A DNA stretch of 63,887 bases, the filler included, from Perkinsus chesapeaki ATCC PRA-425 (Eukaryota; Protista; Perkinsozoa): assembly GCA_013115145.1 (NCBI GenBank). It is 9 parts of 9 records of this genome, joined end to end, with 100 filler letters (N's around TTAATTAATTAA, not from the genome) between each part and the next. Parts side by side here need not be neighbours in the genome. Positions count along the whole stretch, not along the records: positions 29,483 to 58,157 come from JAAPAO010000466.1; 8 more parts are not named here. The stretch is one strand, 5' to 3'. Below are positions 46,036-58,257 of this stretch, one piece after another. The position numbers and the translations under genes were made by a program. Below the pieces are notes generated by a model. The model saw nothing but the letters and a program-made list of their open reading frames with translations, did no database searches and was not told the DNA's origin. Every line of letters starts with the position of its first letter. Position 1 is the first letter of the stretch.

Positions 46036-48690
46036 TCAACTCATAGATGCTGTGCGTTGCACAATTTCTGTCCCCATAATTGAGGAACACGAAAACGTAT
46101 CCAGTCGGCCTTTAGTTCGCAACCGAGCTTCAGCTAACAACAGGCTAACAAAATGGCGTCACGGCGTCACACTCACCCGTCCTTTCTTCCAGACCGCTCT
46201 TTGGTGGCTCCGGAGGATCTGCCGCCATCAAAGCATCCTTCGCTCTACTCAGACACCCCTCAAGCCTCGACGCTTTGAGACATTTCTAAAGCCAATTTCT
46301 CATACCAAACTTCCTTCAACTCACCTCTCGTGCTCCCTTCAAATCCTCGTTATCCCTCAGCCGTTTCGCCTCCCTATACAGTAGATCAATCTCCCTCCGC
46401 AGTCGACCTTCGTCCATAAACCTGGCCAGCCTTCCCATCAGTAACAACCCTCCTCTTGCTCACCTCCACGGTAGCTCCTCGAGCACTACGCGGAGAAAGT
46501 CCTTCGATTGCACACTAGCTTCAGCAGTCGGAAACAAGCTCCGAACTGAACCATTCATTCCTCATTATCGTTACTAAATGACCGGACCTCTGGCATCGCC
46601 TGCGCTCCTGTCGACACCCAGCGCAAGTTCTCGACCCAACTCTCCGGCCGCTCCCTCCTCTCCAGCGATCGTGGACAAGACCTCAATGCAATTTTCCCGA
46701 GTAAAATTATCCGGAATTTTTCCTTCTAAAATCTTCTTTAATTTCGCCACCTACCACTCAATAATAAAGAATCAGAGTGCGATTTGACCGACGACCTCCC
46801 ACGGGTTCAATGCCCTATGCTCGGCGGCGATTCGCCGACTTCTCCTTCCCTGCATTTCCAGATTCCCCTGGCTGGTGGGAGGTTCTGATGGTGGTATCGG
46901 CGCTGTCACCAGACCCCAGCTGAAGCGGAAAATATCATCTACCGTTCACCCTGGGCCAGGGACCAGAGCTCTGTAGTTCCCAATCGACTATGTTAAGATA
47001 CCCTACATAGTAAGTGCATCCCTTTACAAAATGACATATTTCATATACGACGAGTTTGATAATCATTGCTCCGTCATTTTGATCTCTGGACCATTTTACT
47101 TCACATTTTGTTCGCCCCGTGAACTTTTTATGAAACCGTCGGAAAATGGACGGTTACAAATTGCCCTCCAGCTGCTATTAATCAAGCTCCTTGAGGCCTC
47201 CCATTCACCTCGCCGTCTCCCGTTCTTCCTCCCTCCTGGCCAGTTTATCTCTAATTTCTTTTGCCTCCGCAAAAGCTTCTGTTTCGCTCACACTAGCTTT
47301 GATTATCTCCGATAACTGTGCGGAGAATAATGCATCACAGCTACCATCTACATCAGCCTACCGAGGGTCTCCGTTTAGTTTTCGAGGATGCGGGATCTTC
47401 CCTAGTCTCTCGTTCGCTAAAACCGACTGGTGTATTGTCCAGCGATGTCAATGTACGCAAAGTGCCGAGGACCGCTGAAAAAGAGAAGCGTTGTTAATTT
47501 CTGGGTACTAATGAAGAGCAGATCGCTGCAAGCGCTCATGGTTGAATGGGTTACTATCCGGTTGGAGGTCTCCAAAAGCCCCGACTTGGAACTGATTCTA
47601 GTCCCGTTTGACTATTGTAGTCATCCATCATTGGTTCATAACACTTGACCAATACCTTGCGTTAACATTTCGTTACCATTTTGTTACCATTTCGTTGCCA
47701 TTTGTTATGATTTCTCTCAATTTGTTATGAATGTCTCTTAGTATTTTCTTCCGCTTAGTTATTCGTTTTCGACTCGCCGATAGATTCACCCTCTCTCTTC
47801 TCACCACGGCAATCACAAACGTCAGATTGGCGCTGATATCACTTCCCAGATTAACAGCCCGAGAAGCCCCTCTCTGCGGCTGCAGTGTCAAATTCAGCGC
47901 TCCTCAAAATGGCGATTTGCTTTAATTCATCCGCCTACCTTTTCTGTAGCCTTTCCCATCCGCACAAGGGTTCTCGCTGAGGTCCAATTCCGACAGAAAA
48001 TGAAACCTGAAAAAACTACCCGTTTTCGGTATGGCAGAAAGCTACCTCGAAAGGAATCTTAATTGTTGCCGTAAGTCATCCAGTCGATTCGAGCAAGCCA
48101 CCAACTTCCTCAGAAATGTGCAGCTCTCGATGCCGTGGAGATTTGTCAAGTGATTATTGGATACATATAACTGAGAGAAACGAATATAGGGAATAATGGT
48201 TAAGTGATGACTAGACTACTCTATTCGGGGTTGTTGGATAATACTATGGATTAATACCCTATTAATAACGCCCTAGTAGCCTACCTCTTGCAGTCTTATT
48301 TGGTTCTTTAACTTCATCAACCCACTAAGTTTATTTCCTTCTAACCACAACACTTCTATATTGCAAAAGTGATCAATCTCCGAACTGATATCAAAGCTCC
48401 CCTTATCGCAAAGGTATCTAATCAACCTCCAACATATCTTCTTAACCAACCTAAGATACCCTCACAGATCCGTGCATTCTCGCGCACCCTTCCTAGTCTT
48501 GCTGGCCACGCACGTCCAGGGGTCCAAGAAATCTTCAACCAGTTCATCTGTCAGAATCACTTCAGACACATTTTGCGAATTTCGCCCACCTTCGCCATTC
48601 TCCGGTTTCTCGTCGGTAACAACTACATCCGACATACACAGGTAACAGAAACAAAAATATCCTTCGAAAGAGAGTTCACCGAAATTTATC
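46036..48690 (-). CDS. SDS22-type leucine-rich-repeat protein with LRRcap (LRRC72-like) and long C-terminal extension
   Basis: DL|YLCDKG...IEVLWLEGNKLSGL...LQE|LYVSNNHLTNLHGIESCTFLRKLVACSNRL...|FHFLSELDLSENPCADGKGYRK|AVLGTLRTLTSLDNTPVGFSERE. Both ends approximate. Confidence 0.7.
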
Positions 48691-49259
48691 ATTACTATTG
48701 CAGTGACTATTTCAGACTAGATAGCTTTTCAAGGCGAAGGATCATCCTCGAGGGTTTCCCCGAATTTTCTTTCCCAGCTCCTTGAAGGAGGTACCCCACA
48801 GTAGTACTGCTACCGTAAAGTACTAACTAGTAATATCATTGCTACAACTATATACCACAATTATCACAGTATAATTTTTGCCATGATTAATAACCTACAT
48901 ATGAATTCGGAATTTCGTCGTCTTGAGTCATCCTGGCTGGAGAGTAACCCTGTAAAATGCATCTGTGATATAATTCTTGTGGATGGATTTACCATTCCTA
49001 TGGTAACACACTTTACGGTATGATGAGATATTATTACTCTAACCATACTGCAACATATACTTTCTCTTTTATCGCGACTCTAATTAACAACAAAAGTAGC
49101 CTTCATTTGGTTGGAAGTGTCAGATGTCAGTGACAGTAGTCGTTTTTATTGTTGTTACTCTTGTTATTGCCGTAGTAAGATAGTAAAACACGTAAACGTA
49201 TTATGGTACAGATACAGTCAGATGACGAAGCGTCTCAGAATTGGCCCGATTAGGGGCAA

Positions 49260-51587
49260 CTAATGTTGCTGATATATCAATCGCTGGCCGCTTTTAATGC
49301 GCGCCACAAAATTCACAGCCTCCTGTCGAGACTTGAACCAGCCATCCAGCCGGTCACCAGTGCGGATGTGCTGATTGTACCTAAAGATGCCACATCAAAT
49401 TAATACGTCATTTTTCCTCAATAGCGTAGGAATAAGAAGTCTTTTCCTATCGCAGATATATATTATAACCTTTTCATGAGGGCGCAAAATTCCCACAAGA
49501 AAAACCCATTTTTTCATTTGGGGATCCAGAAAGTTTCTAATACCAATCTATCCCCCTCCCCACACTTACGGTTGAGTGAACATCACATGCCTTCCAAAAA
49601 GTGGAGGCTCCTCGCTACCTGCCAAGGGCATGCGCATGCGTGCAAAGCAACTACTTCTCGGCAACTCACCAGTGATTTCCGGTTTGTCATCAATTAGCGC
49701 ATCAGCCTTTATGATTGTCTTGTCCTTCGTTAATATCAATTTACGTACGAAATCCGTACCTACCGACATTTCCGATCCACACACAAAATTGTGAAGTCAA
49801 TTGCCGAGGTCTAGTTCGGATTTCGTAAAAAAATCGGTAAAAAATTCGAGGTTGCCGAGCTCACAATGTGAGCCTCACAGTAATACATTTCATTTATATA
49901 TCAATTATAGTAACAGTATGTGCGTGTTAATGAACACTTATTTGAGTTCCTAACTTCTAGTATGTTGATATAGAGTTAGTTGTGCGCCGCCCCCCCCTTT
50001 GTACATGCGTGCATGGGTAATTTTCTTAGAGAGTGTAAGCCAAGAGACAGGAAGCCTCTGTTGACTTCCATCGCGTTTTCTCCCGTGTCGTTCAAGCAAC
50101 AGATTCCCGCGGTGTTAAAGTTGAAGCGATGTTGTCAGATTGGGATAAATTTTACCGATTCTTGGCTTCTGGTTTTTTCATCCGCCAAAAAGTGAATAGA
50201 GTATCGGAAATGGAACCTTCCCGAGAATTTCGGATGAGAGGGAGACAGCGCCGTTGTGTCGGCATATTTCGCCTGTATAACGGCTATATAGTTGCTCCAC
50301 CCACCCCCTCACTTGTCAGAATTTAGGAAGGATAGATACATGAGGGATAAATACTGCAGAGGTTGTCATTATTATTTTACTTATGTTAGGAATATGTAAT
50401 ATAATTACGATGATATCACATACCCTAATTACTTCGTTATTTGCCAACTTTACCTCAATTATTTACTTTGTTATACGAACGATTAACCTATAATATAATT
50501 CTCCTCCTATTTTCCCCTTTTTTCCATTTTCCCTTTTTTCCACCAAAATTTTCCCCTTTTTTCAGCTAAATTTTCCCCATACTTTCTCACCTAAATTTTT
50601 CTCAACCCACTCGTATTTTTCCGGTACGCAATTTCGCCATGCAGTGAGAGGCGTGGAACATAACCAAATCTGAGAAAAAATGATTAACCTGACCGCGCGC
50701 CACGAAATTATCCCACTTCCACATCAGGTAATTCGTCCAGCCATCGCAAACTCTGAAGAGCACCGCTAATCGGTGGTAAATGACTGATGAATCTGAAAGT
50801 GCGTAATCCAAAGGTCCCCGGTTCGATCCTCGGGCTCGCCATTCTACCCTTCACTAGAAATAATGTCCTTTACATATCCCCCCAATCTAGGCTTCAACGC
50901 TTCATACTGAGATGACAACATGAAAATACAGAATTAAAAAAATCAGAAGACAAAAATTACAAAAAAAAACTAATTTCCCGCCAAAAATATTTTCATCACG
51001 CTCAAAGGACAACGATGATAATCAGTTGGTCAGATGAGTGATAGTTTGCCTTCACTACTGGTGCCGGCGAAGATTATTTTTTCCAAAAAAAACCAAGTTC
51101 ACGAGAGCAAAGAATCTCAAGACAACTTGAAAACGAAATTTTGAAAGGAGAATTAACAAAGGAGTAATCCACAACCCTCTTGGAGTTTCGAATGATTTTT
51201 CTCCGCAGAAATTCATGAAGACGAATTTTCCCGGCGAAGTCTTGAAATATCTCCTTCCTCAATAATAACATCTCCTACCTGTTTTGAGCAATAAAACCCT
51301 TCCCTTTCATCAACAGATATGTATGGCTCATCAGGATGCTCTGATGGCCAAGAAAATATTTTCGTGGCGCGTGAAAGATTCTCACCTCGCTGGAACTGCT
51401 CCATTAAAGCCAGCTCGAAATCACATATAACGCCATCCATATCAATTAATATCCGCACAGGTTCCCGTCCACGATAACAACAATTATAAGATACTTCTTG
51501 CGCACGCGGAAGATTTTGCGCATGCGTGCAAGCCTTCCCTTGAGTACAGATTTCCGTACCATCCTCCTCTGCTGCTGAATCTTTCAT
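49260..51587 (-). CDS. 5'(3')-deoxyribonucleotidase (NT5C/NT5M, HAD superfamily), multi-exon
   Basis: RILIDMDGVICDFE (DxDGV), EREGFY, KLILTKDKTII.ADALIDDKPEITG, HVMFTQP|YNQH. Confidence 0.88.
50797..50842 (+). pseudogene. tRNA 3'-half remnant (Thr/Met-like), antisense within an NT5C intron
   Basis: cgtaatccaaaggtccccGGTTCGATCCtcgggctcgcca. No complementary 5' acceptor strand upstream. Confidence 0.5.
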
Positions 51588-52099
51588 GAGACGTTTTTCT
51601 ATGCGAAAAAACAGAGACAAAGCGCCAACTACAAAAATCCTTCCAAACAAAATAAACGAAAAAAACACACATTAAGAAACGTGTTCAGCCTTCTTTCTTA
51701 GGCAAATCTTGCTCTCTTACACTATCTTGCATTTCCTTAACTTTACTTTTCTCCACTTCCTCCTTTTGAAATTTAGTAAATCGATCTCTAAGGCGAACCA
51801 CTTCCTCACGCAAAGTTTGGTCGAGCAAAGTTCGACTGCCTACTCCTGGCCGGGCAAACTTTACAAACCTATAGAATCAAAGATTCCTCAAATCGATCAC
51901 GTGATCGATTCCACAAATTACAAAGTATACCAGCCCGACAAAACCAAAGGCCAATTATTTTATACCAACTAAAACCCATTCACACCGATACAGAACTAAT
52001 TTTCCCTGAGCAAAAATAATCGAAATTTCGAAGATAAACAATTTTTAATATGAAGCTACCAAAGCGCACATCTTCCTCAAAGGCTATTTTCCAAGATAA

Positions 52100-54400
52100 T
52101 AATTGCTCGCTACGGTTGCCGTGAAATGCGTCGGAAATGATAATAACCGCTTGAAAGGGTGAGATAAGAGCAACGACTTGAAAAAGAGATTATGGATGAA
52201 CTACAAGGCTGAAGAAGGCATATGGCAATAGACATATTTGCAACATCTAAATAATATAGTAAGAAGATCTTTGGTAGAGAAAACGAAAAGTAATACTTAT
52301 ACCAATAAAAAAACAGAGGTAGAGAGGGAATGGACGGTGATATGAATATCACCGTATATATGATATTACAAATTGGTAATAATACTTCAGGCTGCCTAAC
52401 GTACAAATTGTATGATACGATAACTGTAACACTAAACAATAAGCCAATATAAAATATCAATTCATCTAATAATACCGACTTTCCCCACAATATTACTTCG
52501 GCCACCCAAACCTCTCCTTCCTCTTCAATCCTCCCATACCTCCCTCATCCTCACTATCCGAACCCGATGATGATGATGTGTCACTTCCCTCATCGATATC
52601 AATACCCTCATGCATCCCACCTGATGACATTTGACAAATTCAGCATATAGAAGTTATTCTATTAATTCTACTATGAAAACAGCATCAACCTCAGTGAATG
52701 GTTTCAGTCCATGCGACTTTCAAACGCTAAAATTGTATGAAACCGGTAACTTCCGAACACTCAAGTTCCTTCCGAAGCCCACTACTAAACTATCAAGTTA
52801 CCGATTTACCATTAAGATCTAATTATACAGCATACCTTGTATCATAAAATCATCATCACCAATATATAAATAAATACGTCTATAGATATTCTTCACCATC
52901 TCATCGCCAAGAGTTAAGACAGTAAAATTACTACAAGACCTCCCCAAAAAGCAATGTATTTTCCATCGAAGTGATGTTGCAAATTATCCATCTCATTACA
53001 TAAAACAACACGGGTTGCTCCTATCGTCAATTTCGTGGCGCGCTAGAATTCCCTCCACCCAGTTATAACCTTCTTCCGGTATTTTCCCTTCGAGAGCCTT
53101 CTCTCCACTTTCATCATCTCCTCTCAGTACTGAAAGAAGCCGCCCTTTCATACCGACTTTTCCTCAAACAACTTACAATTGGAGGATGACATTCCAAAGG
53201 CATATTTACATGTATTTAGGATGTCATCTACTCTTGTGAATGCTGTAGTCAATTGACGCTCCAAAAGCCTGCCCAAACAAGGGGCTTTATACCTGAACAC
53301 ATTTCCAAATTGATGGTGCTGCTGAGATGATAATTCCTATATCGATGGCAGGTAACCAACGGCCCAATACTAAATACTACAAAATACCTAATAACTAATA
53401 TTAAATACTACTTTATACTATTTATAAATGATAGTTAATACTGATTGTTTACAATATTAAAAAGCTAATATAATAGCTTCTATTAAATAATCTTAAAATA
53501 TTTCATATCATACTCCAATCAAGCCCTTATTACGCATTCCCTGCCACTATATAAAACATCTGTTGAGCTGCTCTTCGACAAGGTATCGGTTGGGCTCCTG
53601 GACCACTGCGAAATCCAACTTTACGTTGCTTAACTCGCTGGATGACAAAAATACTCAAGGGGACGCTGAAAGGAATCGAACTTGGGACCTTTCGATGTAC
53701 GAAAAACAGCCGAGCGCTCTCCCTGCTAAACCGTACTTCCCTGCTTCCGCTTCCTTGTTCATCCCAACTAACTCATAAACGGTACCTTCAGTAAACGGAA
53801 CCTCTTCTGGCCGCAATTCATTTTTCCGCACCTACGGGCCATATGAAACTTCACGTATAATATCCATCGCTTTAACAAGCTCCTCAATTTCCTAATCCGT
53901 CCTCAATTTTCATAGAAACCAAAAAGTCCATCCCGCATCTACTGTAGATGACCTACGCCCACTTCCCCCAACGATTATCCGCTTATATTCCACATACAAA
54001 CTTGTTAGTATGTTACTTGTCACATAACCACAAACAGGTGCAACCTCTCCAGCCCGAGCCAACTTGTTACTTTATCATTCAGACTTGTCGGTCCATCGAG
54101 CTGGAGGTAAAACGGTGACTGGTAGAAATACTCCATAACATTTCCGGGATGTAGACCTTCCCTACAATAAATATGCAATCCGAAAAGAAATAAAATTATT
54201 ACGCCATTAAAAATTGGGGGAATCTGAAACTCATCTCACCCAGCTTGTCGGCAACGTACTGATTTGATGGCCCCGAAGGTGATAGCAGAGGGGTCGCCAT
54301 GGAATAGGGACTTATAGACAAACCTATTTTTCTTTAGTGCAGCACTTCTTTGACCAGACAGCGGCAGGCGAGTGCCAGTGTGGGAGTATGGCCCAGATAA
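52100..54400 (-). CDS. Hypothetical intron-rich gene(s)
   Basis: GT-AG bounded protein-like segments such as DKL|GKVYIPEMLW, LDGPTSLNDKVTSWLGLE, EIEELVKAMDII, KSRYERRLLSVLRGDDESGEKALEG and an S/D/E-rich exon. No family recognised. Confidence 0.3.
53659..53741 (-). pseudogene. Near full-length degenerate tRNA (Asn-like, GTT) in an intron
   Basis: Acceptor GGGAAGT/GCGTCCC pairs at 6 of 7 positions; CTCGG-CT-GTT loop with about 7 extra nt; AGGTC variable loop; GTTCGATT T-loop with a broken T-stem. Confidence 0.5.
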
Positions 54401-55479
54401 GTGTATTAACTATATATATTATTATATCTACTTATGATAGATTTTTTATCCTATATAAATTAATTATACATTAAGAGGATATAGTTATAATATAATGTAT
54501 ATGTAGATTCATTACCGATCTCTATGAGACTGAATAGCAAATCGGAGTCGTAAAAATCCTATCGCTTCGATACTCGTAAAATGACTGCTGTGGTGATATA
54601 CCACGCCACAATACCGTCATCAACGGTAATGTACAATTTAATATATGCAATGGCTCTTATATATTGATATTTATTATATAGTAAAATTTGGTAAGCAGGC
54701 GTGTCAAGGGACGCTTCAATAGAAAGGAAAATTAACAATTGAATAATATTGTCAAGTATAAGTGACGTTAAAAAGGCGAATGCCAATCACAAGGAAAATG
54801 ATTCATATGATAATTTGTCCGCTAAGTAAATGACCGAGAGTCTTCCAACAATTACCTAAAGTCGCAATTAAGTAATGTGGCGTACCAGGACGTAGTCTAC
54901 GACTAGGTAGTCTTTGCCCACCCGTGAGTACGGCTCTTCTACAACTCGTAGAAATGTATTAATGGCAACATAATCACAATATAATACACAGTATAACAAA
55001 ACACATTTTTATCAATAAAAAGCTTGTAACCCCACGAACGAATTTTTACCCATTTTCTGAGACCATCAAAAGGGTTATCAATCAAGTAGCAACAGTTGGA
55101 GTCGTCCGAAGATTGCGATGTACGCGAGGAAGAGATAAGCCGAAAAATGTGACGGCCAGGGGAGCCAGAAAGAACGAGAATTATCAAGGAAGGGTTGGGG
55201 CGGATGGGTATTATAATAATTCCACAAAGTGTTTTAATTGGAGTGGCCCTTCAAAAGCCAATACGACAACCATGGTCTGCTGCTATTAACACCGTCTGTT
55301 GTTCCCTCTAGGCTGCCTTCAGCAAGCGTTGGCAAGGAGATATTGGCGATTATACGCGAGTAATTAATTCCGGTGTAAGGTTTTACACATGCATAATCGA
55401 CGATTATTAATCGTTGTTGCTCCACTAAATGCAAATTGTCACAGCCTCGGTTGTTTTTATTTTCTTGTTATTATTAATA

Positions 55480-57788
55480 ATGGCTAAAGAGAATGTATCA
55501 TACAGGAAAAAGCAAATGGTGCGATGCGCTACACTATTTATTATACCACCAATATTAATACTATTTAAATGGGACACTGTGGCAATTGGTAAGGATCTTT
55601 TATTCATACGATATCCTCGCTTCAACCTAAAAATATCTTTCACCGGTGTGAAATCCTCGCTTCAACCTGAAAATATCTTTCACCGGTGTGAAATCCTCGC
55701 TGTAACCTAAAAGTATCTCTCACCGGTGTGAAATCCTCGCTTTAACCTAAAAGTATCTCTCACCGGTGTGAAATCCTCGCTTCAACCTAAAGATATGCTT
55801 CTTGTTTCCATCAGTTACAGCATTCTTCCTCTCCACCGTAGCCGCCTTATTGACTATTTTTGCCAAATCAAGTAGGATCTCTCGGATACCCTTCTTATGG
55901 AGATTACTGGTAAGTCAAATTTTACGGAAATTTTCCCTTCAATTTGACGAAGAACTTCCTAGAATTCCCACTACTTTCTGGGAAATTTTCCCACTGGAGA
56001 TTTTCCTGCATTTTGATTCCGAGTTCTATGTTTCAATGTTCTCTACTTCCTAAATTTTACTATTATTTTTTTTCTGAAAAATACTACCAGTTTCTCCCCG
56101 TTTGTCGGCAATTTTTGCAGGTTTTTTATGTGGTACAATTACAGCTCTGCAGAGGCGTTGTTTGGCTCAAAAACAACACAAATGTATTGCCTAATTCAGC
56201 CGGCAGCTCGGAAGCTATACGAGGTACTATGGGAAGAGACAATTCGGTGAAAAGATACCACATTCCCAGTTATATCGAGATATATCTCCGACGTAGTAGA
56301 TGCATCTTCTTTAGTTGACTGAAACGGCCAAACCTTTTGTTGTCACCTTTATTGGAGTCTGCAATGGGCGAATAGGAAAGCTATCGTGACGGACTTCCTA
56401 GGATTCTACTTCGAACCATTCCCATCAATTAGCTCGCTCGAAGGTCCACGGACTGTCTTGTCAATATGCGGCGATGGTCTTGATTATTCTTTCCCATTCA
56501 GGTGCACAGGATTTCGCGTCCGGTGGTGGTTCTGCGATGGCAGTCGGATTTCTGCATCAGCCGAAAATTAGCGTGGTAATGAAGTTGGGAGGGAAAATTT
56601 CACGGGAATTATCAGAAACATTTTTGGTAAAATAGGGATTTCCTTTTCCATGTGATTTTCGACGGAAAAGCTGCTTATAGTTGGAATAAAGTCCATCTTT
56701 AGAATTTGCGATACAACTAGGGTAGCGCTTTCAAGCAAATCGAAATGTGAATTTTCTGGCGTCAGAAAATTTCGTCCTTCTTGCCCTGACCACTATATTT
56801 CCCGATTTTTCGGGGAATCTTCCGCGCATTGCAGGAATAACAAGTTTGAATTCAGCTTAGCAGTACGTCAGAAAATTAGAAATTTTTCTATTTTTCGGGT
56901 AACTTTCTGGAAAATTTCCGATTTTTCCCTCAGGTTTTACCGTGTGCGAATGAAGGAGAATTTATGGTTAAAACAGTGAAGTCCATTAATGAAGCAACAC
57001 CACCGAACGTGCTGCAAGAAGTTGTAAGACAGTCGAACGTTTTAAGATGGGTAAATTATTCCGACAGGTTGTCGTGGATGATGGTAGTACTCCACCGTTG
57101 AGAACTCTATTGACTGAGGAGGAACAGAAAAAGTATGGCGGAAAAATTCGGGAAATTTTATGTTTTTCGATGCAGGTTGAAGATCAAGTGGGTTCGGCAC
57201 TCTTCGTTTACTGGTCTCATCAACGCGAAAAGCAAAGGTATATAGCTAGTTTATTGAAATCGATTGCGTGATCGATTTGGGGTCCCGCTGTCAGGTGCCG
57301 GGGTCGCCACGGGAGATATTATAATATTTTTGGATTGCCACGTGAAGCCAGCAGAGAATTGGTTCTCGCCTATAATAAAAAATATCAAATCTAATTACAA
57401 ACGTAATGAACGGATTTTTTTACCCACTTTTTGTAAACGATTGTGCCGAAGCGATATCATCCGTTAAAAGAAACAAGTTTCGATGAAGAAATAAAGAACG
57501 CCGTTGTAAAATTAAAGGGGATTTTGAGCGAAAAATCTTACTCTGGAATCAAATTAATTTTTTGATGATTTCTACCTTTTCCGACTCATCTGACAGAATG
57601 GGAATTCACTGTGAGATCAAATGAATTTTGTGGCGCGTGAGAATCGGTTATCGTTTTGTAGGTGTTGTTGTTCCTACTATTACTAATTTGGATCCGGATA
57701 CTTGGGAGGAGCATCGAAGTGGCAGTGGAATGGCGAAATGTTATTTAACATGGGATGCAGATTTTAAATGGTTCACTGATGAGGATAA
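55480..57788 (+). CDS. Polypeptide N-acetylgalactosaminyltransferase (GT27), 5' half; remainder lost in gap
   Basis: Type II anchor (CATLFIIPPILILF), QPKISV|VLPCANE, VVVDDGS, GLINAKSKG, ATGDIIIFLDCHVKP (DxH), KR|VVVPTI, LTWDADFKWF. Confidence 0.88.
55613..55796. repeat. 40-bp intronic minisatellite (about 4.6 copies)
   Basis: Unit ttcaacctaaaaatatctttcaccggtgtgaaatcctcgc, in intron 1 of the GalNAc-T gene. Confidence 0.93.
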
Positions 57789-58086
57789 GTAATAATCGAT
57801 CATTTGATCGATTTGTATGGCGAGATTTTATTGAAGACCGGGAAAGGGCGAATCGATCGCTGAAGCATCTCCAATGGCTCGCAAAACAGGAAAAATTCGA
57901 GAAACCGAATTGAAGAGCAAGTTCTTGCGTGTCCAACCGCACATTAGTTCTTATAAGGACGTTAAGATGCCCATTAATAGAACGGCCGATTTTCGAGGAA
58001 CGCTTTACCACTGCAAAGCTGTTAATTTTAACGCAAGATTCTCGTTAATGTTATGTGAAGCTGCGAGACGCCACGCGATGTTGGGT

Positions 58087-58157
58087 AATTGCGGAGCGAG
58101 CGAAGCGAGCGGAGCTTATATTGCAGTGCGCGGTCGTTCGTGTGCGTGCGTCCGTCC
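58087..58157 (+). mobile_element. Possible start of a non-autonomous Helentron/HINE (DINE-1/Pearl)-like element
   Basis: gcggagcgagcgaagcgagcggagc followed by gtgcgtgcgtccgtcc running into the gap. Confidence 0.3.
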
Positions 58158-58257
58158 NNNNNNNNNNNNNNNNNNNNNNNNNNNNNNNNNNNNNNNNNNN
58201 NTTAATTAATTAANNNNNNNNNNNNNNNNNNNNNNNNNNNNNNNNNNNNNNNNNNNN
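58158..58257. other. Artificial contig spacer
   Basis: N-TTAATTAATTAA-N linker. Confidence 0.97.

Noticed and set aside
52690-52790. In-frame TGA (...YNFSV*KSHG...) as selenocysteine or readthrough
   Set aside because: The frame is not established, a short intron explains it equally well, and no selenoprotein motif or SECIS was recognised.
55613-55796. 40-bp dyad repeat as a CRISPR array
   Set aside because: No spacers; pure tandem array within an intron.
55835-55843. ACCGTAGCC as a relic perkinsid/dinoflagellate spliced leader
   Set aside because: Only 9 nt match; the following sequence does not continue as AT(C/T)TTGGCTCAAG.
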